Below are positions 52,205 to 64,000 of a DNA stretch of 64,000 nucleotides, one piece after another. Below the pieces are notes generated by a model. That model had not been told where the DNA came from. It saw only the letters and a program-made list of their open reading frames with translations, and did no database searches. Both the position numbers and the translations under genes were made by a program. Within the stretch, counting starts at the first letter, position 1, and every line of letters begins with the position of its first letter. The DNA is from Octopus sinensis (lineage: Eukaryota): contig NC_042998.1 in NCBI RefSeq assembly GCF_006345805.1, positions 94,674,001 to 94,738,000 on the forward strand, given 5' to 3'.

Positions 52205-53634
52205 TGTTTATATATTGAATTGCAAATGTATGGGAGCACCAAAATCATTTTAAGTGATTAGAGCCTCTATAGGTGTTAATCTGGCCCTGATTAGGGTTGT
52301 ATATTGTAATTGAGGTTGAGATTAGGTCTTAGGAAAGTTGTTTAGCCAGGAGGGTAGTATAAAACGTTTTATCAATATATTGGTTAATGTCAAAAATACC
52401 AATTGTTGCAGAATCTTTTCTAAGGCCAGAAATATTGTGAAAGGGAAGATCAATGACTGAATACAATTTTTGGGGAATCTGTTTGGAATTTATTAGTTTT
52501 GAGATGATAATTACTTATAATTATATCTAGCTTTAGAAATGTTGGACATGGAGAAACTTTAAAGAATTATAAAGATTTTCCCCTTTATTTTATGCTTTTG
52601 AGAAGTAACATGCAATTTAATTCTTCATTTGTTTGGCAAAGATGACGATTATCAGTAAATGAGTATTAAAAGAAGCAGTCATTGCATACAGATGAGAGGT
52701 AATAATAAAAGACAAGGTAACTGTTACAATTAGAAGATTCTAAAAAGATAGAGTGTACAATGGCAAAATATGGCAGAGAATTCTACAATTTTACTGAAAA
52801 ATTTTTCACATCCAGAGACACAGAGGTGTCCAATACTGACTGTTCATATGGAATTCATTAATGGAAAAATATGAATAAATGCATTTTTGCTTTTAATGGG
52901 AATGAGGCTTCTGTGGCTGTTATCAATGGTGATAATTATGAGAACAGGGATAATGGTGACGATATTGTAACAATGACAGCCCAAAAATGCACCAGTACTT
53001 ATGATAACGATGATGCTGATGATTACGGAGAAGAAACATACATACATGTATGTATGTATGTATGTATTACACTATGGTTGCAGCACAAACAAATACAAGG
53101 TCATCCACGTAACATTTCATATCTCGAACATTTAATCACATAATGCTTTTTCTTTCACATAGAATATACATGTATAACATCACGGAATGTATGTATGTAT
53201 GTATGTATGTATGAATATATATATTTTATATATATATTCATATATATATTATATATATGTGTATGTATATATGTATATATATATATGTATATATATATAT
53301 GTACATGCATATATGTATGTGTGTGTATATATATATATATATATAGATAGATAGATAGATAGATATAATTAAAAATGCACATTAAGTACATGATATCACC
53401 AATGAGTGAAAAATAATGTAAACACAGAGATACACAATGTATATATATATGTGTATATATATAATATATGATATATATGTGTTTGTGTGTGTGTGTGTAT
53501 ATATATAATATTATATGTGTGGGTGTGTGTGTGCAATACATATATATTATTTAATAACACTTTGACTTGGCTCCATGCAATTTAAAGTTTCATAGGCTCA
53601 TAGAATGAACAAAGCTCATGTATATATATGTATG

Positions 53635-53668
<34 letters not shown>

Positions 53669-54622
53669 TGTATGTATGTATGTATGTATGTATGTATGTA
53701 TGTATGTATGTATGTATGTGTGTGTGTGTATTATGTATGTATGTATGTAGGTGTGTATGTATTAATTATGTGACATCTGCATCAGCCACAACTATTGTCT
53801 CACTTGGCTTGACAGGTCTACACAAGTATGGTATATCGCCAAATGTCTCAGTTACCTGTCATTGCCTCCAAGAGGTCCAACGCTCAACTGGTACTTTTTA
53901 CACACCACCAGTGCGAATGTATGTATGTATATACGCATGTGTGTACGTATGTATGTGCGCATGCATGTGTATATATATGTATGTATGTATGTATATATGT
54001 ATGTATGCATGTATGCGTGCATGCATCTGTATATGTATGTATATATGTATGTATATGCATGCATGTATGTATGTATGTATGTATGTATGTATGTATGTAT
54101 GTATGTGTGTGTGTATGTATATAAATAGTGTTAAAAACCTGCACTGATATACAGTTTAATTATCATGGAAGATGTGACAAATCAAGTTTCATCTTCAAAT
54201 AAAAGAAAGATAAAGAAAGAAACAAAGGATTTTATATTACAATAATAGTTTTGATGATGGATGATGGATGATGATGATGACGACGATGACGACATTGACA
54301 ACGATGGTGATGTCACCATATTACAGCTAATATGAAAAATTTTGCATTTTCATATCATATTAACACATTTTTCATCTTTATCTTTATCATTTACTCTTTT
54401 ACTTGTTTCAGTCTTTTGACTGTGGCCATTCTGGAGCACTGACTTTAGTCGAGCAAATCAACCCCAGGACTTATTCTTCGTAAGCCTAGTACTTATTCTA
54501 TCGGTCTCTTTTGCTGAACTGCTAAGTTACGGGGACGTAAACACACCAGCATTGGTTGTCAAGCAATGTTGTGGGGAACAAACTCAGACACACAAAAACA
54601 TACACACACACACATACATATG

Positions 54623-55013
54623 TCTCTCTATATATAAAGCTGAAGTTGTCTGTGTATGGCAGGTTTGGTAGCCTTCAACTAACACTATCTTCTCCAAGAC
54701 CTTGCGGCGCAGTTGACCAAAATTGAGAGTATGATAGAAGAAGGCTTGCTCTTCCTTCCGTAGAAGAAAAAATTCAAATTGGACCATGTTAAGATCAAAA
54801 ATTATTTACATCAAAAAGGAGCCTTTTTTTCTATGAAAATCCCTATTTTTTACGATGTTTTGACTGCTGTGTTGCCATTTTTTGGTGTATTTCAACAACA
54901 AAAATGTTCACTTAAAGAGAATAACAAGCTACATAATGCAAAATTTTTACTTTTTAAAAATTCCAATTCTAAAGGGTCGAAACAAACCCGAGCAACGCCA
55001 GGCAATACTGCTA

Positions 55014-55015
<2 letters not shown>
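54623..55015 (+). mobile_element. Non-autonomous Helitron nested in a CORE-like SINE
   Basis: 5' tctctctatatataaa; 3' acccgagcaacgccaggcaatactgCTAGT, shared with 51836-52204. Confidence 0.75.
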
Positions 55016-55057
<42 letters not shown>

Positions 55058-55648
55058 CCAGCGCCACCTTGACTGGCTTCTGTGCCGGTGGCACATTAAA
55101 AGCACCAACCGATTGTGCCGCTGCCAGACTCCCCTGGCACCTGTGCCGGTGGCACGTAAAAAGCACCCACTACACTCACGGAGTGGTTGGCATTAGGAAG
55201 TGCATCCAGCTGTAGAAACACTGCCAGATCAGACTGGAGCCTGGTGCAGCCTTCTGGCTTCCCAGACCCCAGTCGAACCGTCCAACCCGCTAGCGCGGAA
55301 AACGGATGTTAAATGATGATGATAATATACATATATACGACGGGCTTCTTTCAGTTTCTGTTTACCAAATCCACTCACAAGGCTTTGGCTGGCCTGAGGC
55401 TATAGTAGAAGACACTTGCTCAAGGTGCCATGCAGTGGGACTGAACCCGGATCCATGTGGTTTATAAGCAAACTACTTACCACACAGCCACTCCTATGCC
55501 TACATTATGTAGATAGCATGAAGGTGTTTCCATCTTCATATTTGTCTGTTTATTAATATTGCTTTCTTTCTTTGTTTCTTTCTTTCTTCCTTCTTTCCTT
55601 CCTTCCTTTCTTTCTGTCTTTCTTTCATCTTTCTTCCTTGCTTCCTTC

Positions 55649-55702
<54 letters not shown>

Positions 55703-56823
55703 CTTTACCTCTCCCTCTCCTTCATATCAGTATCTGATGCATGTTCAGATCGCTGAGACTGAAAAATGTCTCTCGTTAAACTTGTTCTAATGCAATTGCA
55801 CCGTGTAACACATGCCAACGCATGTCTCCTATCACCCTGCATATGCACACATGCACCTGCATATGTGTGTATGTGCATGCGTGTGCGTGTGTGTGCATGT
55901 GTGTGCATGTGAATGCAGAAACAGTGTAGTCACACAATCACTTGTACATCATCACCTACCTTATCATTGAAATGCAATGCTATTTGCTTTTGGTGATACA
56001 AATAATAAATGAACACTGATCCACCACCAGCATCACCGCTACTGCTGCTCCCACTGCCACTGCTACTACTGTCATTACTACCACCACTGCCATAACCATC
56101 ACCATCACCACCACAACCAACAACAACAACAACAACATCCCTCCATCATTCTTTGACTTCTTCATTTTCATCCTCCTTTCTCATTATCATCGACTTTGAT
56201 ATCCTCCTCATTCTCCTCTTCCTCCTCATCATTATCATCGTCGTCATCATCATCGTCATTGTCATATTGTGACAGAATGGTCGAAGGAAGCACAAAAAAG
56301 ATATAGCTATACTTTTATGTGTTAATAACCTACGTTCTAGTCTCCACCACAACGACCACCGCTGCCATCACCAGTAGCTGCAGCAGTCCCACAAGAACCA
56401 GCATCAGCACCACCATCACCACCACCACCACCACTAACAACAACACTATGCACACGCATGCGCAAAAAAGCCCCACCTTCTTTTCTGGTAGTTGTAAGGC
56501 TCATGGAATAGAAATCTTGCTAAAGAACATACACTGAAAATGAAAATCTCTTAAACTATTACAACAGTGGCCAAAGTATGGTTCACGAGCTGCCAATAAC
56601 TTTTGAAAATAGTATATATGTGGCTCCCAAGATAATACTGGGTCTTGGTACTATTTTTCCTTGAATAATATTCTCTAGGGATGCAGACAAGAAGGAAATG
56701 TAGAACTATAAACTGTGAAGATACCCTCTCTCTCTCTCTGTATATGTATTTATGGCAGTTGGAAAACAGACATTAAATGATGATAATATATTGTAAACAT
56801 ACATACATACATACATACATACA

Positions 56824-56858
<35 letters not shown>

Positions 56859-57181
56859 TTGTGGGGCTGCAAATGCAAAATATAAGTTAGTCCTAGAGTG
56901 CACAATGTTCCAAAAGATCAGCAATGGTCTTCCTTGGTCACAAGTGGATGGCCATCATATATATATATGTATGTATGTAAGTATGTATATATTGCATAAT
57001 GTACACAATGTGTAGTTATGAGCTACAAATAGTTTCATACACAAGAGATTTAGATTAGGCAGGTTTTTATAAAACACCTTGTATCTCCAAGTAGTCTTCA
57101 GGGTCATTTATCTCTTACCAGTTGGAGTACTTTTTTCATTGATCTTGCCTTAATGGAAAAGTAAACCTTATATACATATAT

Positions 57182-57224
<43 letters not shown>

Positions 57225-57324
57225 GACACACACACATATGTATATATATATGGGTATGTATATATATATATGTATATATGTATATATATATATATATGTA
57301 TATGTATGTATATCTTTATCAATA

Positions 57325-57433
<109 letters not shown>

Positions 57434-57643
57434 TATATATATATAGTTGAAATTTACAGTAAAACAAAAGATGAAGACAGGTGTATAAACAACAAGCAAG
57501 TGTATTAGTTTGACACTCGAGAAGGTGAGAAAGTCTTTTATGTTTCGAGCCGAAACTCTTCAACAAAAAGGAACATGCGGAAATAAATAGAGGATGAATA
57601 AAAAAAACTTTTGGAGTTAGTGGTCAATCACACACACACACAC

Positions 57644-58452
57644 AAAACTCCGAGTTTTGGATGTCGGGGCAGAAACCCATGCCGCCATCTCTTCAGTTAT
57701 CTGGCCGTCGAAAAAATGCTATGAAAATGACTGTTAAACAAAGGGAAATTACTGTGTGATTGATAGTTATTAAGACAAAAGAGCTATTAGAATGATCGCT
57801 AAATGAGGGGAGAGAATAAAGCTGAGGGAGTAAACATGTTCATAGTGTTTGCGTAAGTACGTATGTCCATACCTACACATGCACATCCGCACACCCATGT
57901 ACCTGCGCCTATAAGTATATATTCATCCACCCTCACTTGAAACACATACATGCTAACCCACACATTCACCAAAAATATATACATACCCACATACACACTC
58001 ACACACACCCACACATGCACAAAAATGGTTCATGCACACGTCTATATATGCACATGCACAAGAAAAAACAGGGTTAAAGGCAAAATATAGAAAAATGTGT
58101 AAAGAAGTATAAAAACAGCAATAAGAGTAAAACACATCTATATACACACATACCTATATGCATGCTCACACACACACATGTCTATATGTGCATGTATGTG
58201 GGTGTGCGGGCACGTATGTGTAGGTATGGACATGCATGCTTATGCGAATACTATGAACATTTTTACTCCCTTACCTTTACTCCCTCCCCTCCCGTAACGG
58301 TTATTCCAATAGCTCTTTTGTCTTAATAATGATCAATCACACAGTAACTTCCCTTTGTTTAATGGTCATTTACATAGCATTTTTTCGATGGCCAGATAAC
58401 TGAAGAGATGGCGGCATGGGTTTCCGCTCCGACATCCAAATCTTGGAGTTTT
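57644..58452. repeat. Long inverted repeat (~270-bp arms, ~270-bp spacer)
   Basis: 57644-~57913 is the reverse complement of ~58183-58452, differing mainly by transitions. Confidence 0.88.
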
Positions 58453-61400
58453 ATCATGGCTACCGAATAATTATCACATATTATATTTACAGATAAATTC
58501 CTCTATTTACATAATATCAAGGTCTCTTTCATTCTTTTGTTGTCTTACCATTTTCTATCAATATATATATATATATATCATCATCATCATTGTTTAACGT
58601 CCATTTTCCGTGCTAGCATGGGTTGGACGGTTCAGCCGGGGTCTGGGAAGCCAGGAGGCTGCACCTGGCTCCAGTCTGATCTGGCAGTGTTTCTACAGCT
58701 GGATGCCCTCCCTAACGCCAACAATTCCATGAGTGTAGTGGGTGCATTTTATGTGCCACCGGCACAGGTGCCAGGAGAGGCTGGCAGTGGCCATGATTGA
58801 TTGGTGCTTTTTACGTGCCACTGGCACAGGTATCACAACTACATATTATTTTGATGTTGATCTACTTGACTCAGTAGGTCTCTTCAAGCACAGCAGGTCA
58901 CCCTATGAACAAAGGTAAACACAGCAGGTCGTTCTGCAATCCAGGTACTTTGGATGTGCTGGGGCTGCTATGTGAAACTGGTGCAGGAAACAGTAATAGT
59001 TTAAAGAAAACAGAGAATATACATGGAATAATCATTCTTTAATCATAGTGCAGTCAATTAATTAGTTCTTACATTTTTTTCACCTATATTATGTTTTGGC
59101 CAATTGTTATTGTCCATATTTGCATTTTTAGAGTGCATTATGATGTTATAAAACAATGGCCTCTTCTGGACATATTTGACTGCTATTTTTTTTTACTTCT
59201 CCAAATGGAGAATTTATTCTGACTGAATGGTAAGCTTTAGTTCTTCTGTTTAACTGTGTATTGGATGTTGTTCTAAAAATTGTTCAAAACTGACTTTTTA
59301 ACCCTACTGATCAAGGGAAGGATATACTGCCTGGAAACCAGGTCATGTTACTATTTCACTCTTATTGGTTTATTTGATAAACACTTTAATCGCTGTTTTC
59401 ACCAGTGCAGTCAATGTCTTCAATATAAATATGGAGAAAAGAAGTGTGTGCCCACACAAGATAAAATATTGGAGAATTTATTTGGGGATTTGAAAATTCA
59501 CCTGAGTCTCAAAATGTGCAGTTGTTTTAAAATTTTGTAAAATATTTATTCAAATACCAAACCAGTTTCAACAACTTTTTGCATATCAATGGTAAAAATA
59601 AATAAATTAACAAGGGTGGAAGTGGTGGTAGCAGTGGCAGCAGCAGCAACAAGTGCAGCAGCAGTGGCATTGGCAATGACAACAACAGCAATGGCTTCCT
59701 TTCAGTTTCTGGCTGCTAAATATTCACTGACAAGTCTTTGGTTGGCCTGCAGCTATATAGCAAAAGACTTATGTCTGGTGTGTCACACAGATGAATTGAA
59801 CCATGCAGCTGGGAAACTTCTTAACTACACAGCCTTGCTTATTAAATGTACCTAGGAATATATATTGTCCAACAGAAATGGCAATAAAATCTCCTTAGAA
59901 TCACACACAACCATCTTAAAGAAGAAAGGACACATTGGATAATATATTCTTAGATAAACAGCATTTGTAAAGACATATAAGAAGATTATAGCTGGAACAA
60001 ACATCTTTGATAATGATTCTACTTGATCAATACTAACTGGGGTTAAAATCAACAACATCAGCGATTTCTAGGCTCTTAAGTGCTCTTAGCTTTATCTAAG
60101 CAACTACTAGCATATTATGTAGGGGTGGTCCACCCTGGTTGGCTCTTTTAAAGTGGCAGCACTTTTGGGTCTGCTGTAAGTAATATGTGTTTTTTGTGGG
60201 GCCCCGGGTCGGCAAACGGAAAAGCCACTCCAGGCGGCAGGCACACTAGCTATACTAGTGTTAGCAATATATTCCTTACTACAGGGTGAGAGCTTAACTG
60301 CTGAAAATTAGCAAAACCCTGGTTTCAGACCACATTTATCTTTATTTTTTTTATCTTTTACTTGTTTCACTCATTGGACTGTGGCCATGCCAAAACATCA
60401 CTGTGAAGGATTTACTCAAACAAATCGACCCCAGTACTTATTTACACCAGACTCTTTTGCTGAACCACTAAATTACAGGGATGTAAACAAGCCAACACCA
60501 GTTGTCAAGCATTGGAGGTGCTGACAAACACATACATAAAGACACACAGATGCACAGACATATAAGACCATGCACACACACACATGGACACACACACATG
60601 GACACACACACATGTATACAGGGGTTTCAACACTTTCTATTTACCAAATTCACTCACAAGGCATTGATCAACCTGGGCTGTCATTTGCTCGGTGTGCTAC
60701 ACAGTGGGATTGAATCCAAAACCATATGGTTGCACACTGAGCTGTTAACCCAGCAACTCTCAACCATGTTTCCCTGGATCACATGCAGCCCTCAAGCATC
60801 CTTCTAGCAGTCCTCAACAGTCTTCCCTCATCATCATCATCATCATCATTATCATCTTACATCTGTTGTCCATGCTGCCATGGATTGGATGGTTTGACCA
60901 GGGTTGGGAAGCTGAGGAGCTGCATCCAACTCCAGTCTGATTTGGCATGGTTTCTACGGCTGGATGCCCTTCTTAACACCAACCATGCTGAGAGTATAAT
61001 GGATGCTTTTGCATTCCACTGGCATGGATGCCAGTTGCACAACACCAGTATCTGCTATGACTACGATTTCACTTAGCTTGATGGGTCTTCTTTTCAAGCA
61101 TGGTATATTGCCAAGGGTCTCAGTCATTTGTCTTTGCCTCCATGAGACCCAATGCTTGAAAGGTGCTTTTTATATGCCACTGGCATGGGTGCCAGTTGTG
61201 TGACACCAGTGTCTGCCATGACTACAATTTCACTTGGCTTGATGGCTCTTGTACTCAAGCACAACATATTGCACCAGTATCTGTCATGGCTGTGATTTCA
61301 CTAGAAACATAATAAATTTTTCTTTAATTGACATGTTTTATCATTTTGACTCCCCCCCCCACCACCACCACCACCACACACATACAAAATGAAAAAATCC

Positions 61401-62702
61401 AGATTTGGATCTGGCTTAGATATTAAAAGGGCTGGGAACCAGCTATGCCTGTGTCAGCAACATTTTCAACACAGTCATAAAATTGAAACAACACTATTAT
61501 TTATTTTTGCTAACATACATAAAACTAGAATCTATGGACATGATGTGTGAAAGCATCTGAGCGGGAGGAGGAGGAAGACTGAGGAGCTGATGCTGTAGAA
61601 ATGTTATCACAGATGAAAAATATGAGGTCTATTGATTTATTTAGTCCAAAATCCTCTATTAATGACAGAATCATATGAATTTTGTTGATCACTCGATTAA
61701 TGTAAATCTAACTTCTAACAAAGGTTGAGTCTATGAAAATAAAATAATTAATATTTTCTAAGCTTAGCTCTCGTTTCATGTTATAAAAGCAAATGATAGA
61801 TTCTCTCTTAGATAGGATGTCAGTTCATCATATCTTGTTGTTGTTGATGTTTAGCTCCAGGTTAAGCATGATGAAGCAGATCTATGATCAAAGATATGCC
61901 ATCTATTACCATCTGTGACCATCCCTTCCTTTAAGGGTTATGTGGAATGGCATTCATTTACTAGTGTGTGCTTCCCTTACTTAAGATAAATGAATTTGGT
62001 TGTTATTTCTTGCAAGTCAACTACATAGAGATTCCCTTGTTATTATTTCCCCCTTATAATCAGCTACATACAGATGATAGTTATAGGAACTGAGGCTACA
62101 TGGATCAGCAACATCTGGGCTAATGAAGTGTTCTCTGTCAGTCTCAGACCTTTCCAAAAATCTTTCAAATTCGAAGTTTATTTTTGTTATCTTTCATTTT
62201 TTTTTCTTTAATTTGTTTTAATCATTTGACTGTGTCCCTACTGTGGCACCACCCTGAAGAATGTTTAGTTAAATGATTCCAGCACTTATTTTTTAAGGCC
62301 TGATAGTTATTCTGTTGATCTCTTTTGCTGAAGCGCTAAGTAACAGGGATGTAAACACACCAACATCGGTTATCAAGTAGTGGTAGGGAACAAACACAGA
62401 CACATTCACACACACACACACACATGACTGGCTTCTTTCAGTTTCAATCTACTAAATTCACTCACAAGACTTTGGTTGACCTAAGGCTATAGTAGCAGAT
62501 ACTCTCCCAAGGTGCCACACAGTGGGACTGAACCTGGAACCATGTGGTTGGGAAGTAAACTTCTTACCACACAGCCATGCCTTTTGCTTTTGCTTTTTGT
62601 TTATACTTGCTGAGTCTAGAGAAGAAGATGTGCCTTTAACCCTTGCAAGGCCTCTGAGACTGATGAAATTGGTGCCATTAATATTCTATTAACATGTTGC
62701 AG

Positions 62703-62795
62703 GTCAATGCCTTTATGAAAGACATGAGCAAGGAGAAGATCCCAAAAGATTAATGTCCTGGGAAGAATGGACTGGACATTGTGATGTTGAGCTGG
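62703..62795 (+). CDS. Probable 93-nt coding exon (phase 1 to 1): QCLYERHEQGEDPKRLMSWEEWTGHCDVEL, protein not recognised
   Basis: Acceptor tattctattaacatgttgcag|, consensus donor ctgg|gtgagt, length divisible by 3, only one frame open, non-repetitive sequence. Confidence 0.55.
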
Positions 62796-63756
62796 GTGAG
62801 TTGGACACAAGTCTGATAAGAGGTGGGGGGATGAGTGGGTCAGGGATACTGAGTGATGGAAGTATGAGACTAGCAGGACACACAATACAACGACCATCAT
62901 ATACCACTGGAATATTCATTAATAATGATTTCAAATTTTGGCACAAGGGGAGAAGGTTAGTTGATTATATTGACCCTAGTACTCAATGGGTTCTTATTTT
63001 ATAATCCTCTGGAGGATGAAAGGTGAAGTCAACCTTGGCAGAATTTTAACTCAGGGGCCTCATGGAGGCGAGGTGGGTGAGTTCCTTTCCAGCGTTGTGC
63101 CACATGGAGGCAAAATGGCCAAGTTCCTTTCAAACATTGGGCCTCATGGAAGCAATGGCCAAGACCTTTGGCATTATGTTGTGCTTGAGAAGAAGACCCA
63201 TCAAACCAAGTAAAATCACAGTCATGGCAGATACCAGTGTCACACAAATTGCATCTGTGCCAGTGACATGTAACAGCACCCATTACACTCTCAGAGTGGT
63301 TGGTGTTAGGAAGGGTATCCAGCCATAGAAAACCATGCCAAATCAGACTGGAGTCCAGTGCAGCCTTCCAGCGTGCCAGCCCAGTCAAACCATCCAACCA
63401 ATGCCAGCATGGACAATGGACATTAAATGATGATGATGGTGATGATGCTGATGGACATTATGAGTCAGAAAAGTACTGCAGAACATTTTTCCTTGACACT
63501 CTAACAATTCTGCCAACTTGCCACCTTAGACATACAAGAATAAAGCAAGAAAATCTAAATGTGTTTAATATTGATTTTTTTTTTCAGTGTTGTCACATCT
63601 AGACTCATGTCTCTTTTTGTGACCTTTCTCTCTTACTGGAGTTCAGAAGTGAGTGTCTAACATTGTCAATCCTATTTTGGCAGCAAAACTTCAATCCCTC
63701 TCTCATTGTTGGGACATTGCTTCTGAATCTCTATTCTATAAATATTTATATAAATA

Positions 63757-63919
63757 GGCGTAGGAGTGGCTGTGTGGTGAGTAGCTTGCTTACGAACCAC
63801 ATGGCTCTGAGTTCAGTCCCACTGCTTAGCACCTTGGGCAAGTGTCTTCTACTATAACCTCAGGCCGACCAAAGCCTTGTGAGTGGATTTGGTAGACGGA
63901 AACTGAAAGAAGCCTCTTG

Positions 63920-63958
<39 letters not shown>

Positions 63959-64000
63959 ATGTGTTTGTGTGTCTGTGTTTGTCCCCCCAACATCACTTGA
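63757..64000 (+). mobile_element. tRNA/CORE-like SINE, cut by the window end
   Basis: ggcgtaggagtggctgtgtggtgagtagcttgc...accttgggcaagtgtcttctact. Confidence 0.85.

Noticed and set aside
55990-56450. Thr/Ser/His-rich or Val/Met-rich ORFs
   Set aside because: A mosaic of degenerate triplet repeats without splice or codon support.
59330-59480. Minus-strand IYIEDIDCTGENSD resembling an SRCR domain
   Set aside because: A single short motif surrounded by stops, with no supporting SRCR Cys/Trp pattern.
60120-60240. Small GC-rich patch with short inverted repeats
   Set aside because: Most consistent with a decayed hAT-like MITE end; too short to support more.

Overview
AT-rich eukaryotic, mostly intronic or intergenic DNA. 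It is very probably coleoid cephalopod (Octopus), inferred from the SINE/RTE repeat families and the extreme microsatellite density. Almost every entry in the ORF track is a microsatellite or repeat artefact. The window is dominated by mobile elements: dozens of RTE-LINE 3' tails and fragments, two tRNA-derived SINE groups (CORE-like and Meta/MESC-like), a fragmented Gypsy LTR fossil, CR1-type RT scraps, an R4/Dong-type restriction-like-endonuclease retroelement in an (AAT)n tract, non-autonomous Helitrons, Tigger/hAT/mariner/piggyBac-like MITEs, and Penelope-like termini with hammerhead-like motifs. The best host-gene evidence is a 93-nt + strand exon at 62703-62795, plus weaker + strand exon candidates; I do not recognise the protein. 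The most notable observations are: (1) a 5'-inverted R4/Dong-type insertion with the signatures of twin priming; (2) an RTE copy whose whole 3' UTR is amplified into a 7-unit ~340-bp array containing a 683-bp higher-order repeat; (3) a near-canonical hammerhead ribozyme motif; (4) several long inverted repeats that are candidate dsRNA/ADAR substrates; (5) possible decayed discoidin-like coding relics. No CRISPR array, rRNA or genuine tRNA gene was seen. All translations, alignments and folds were done by eye.
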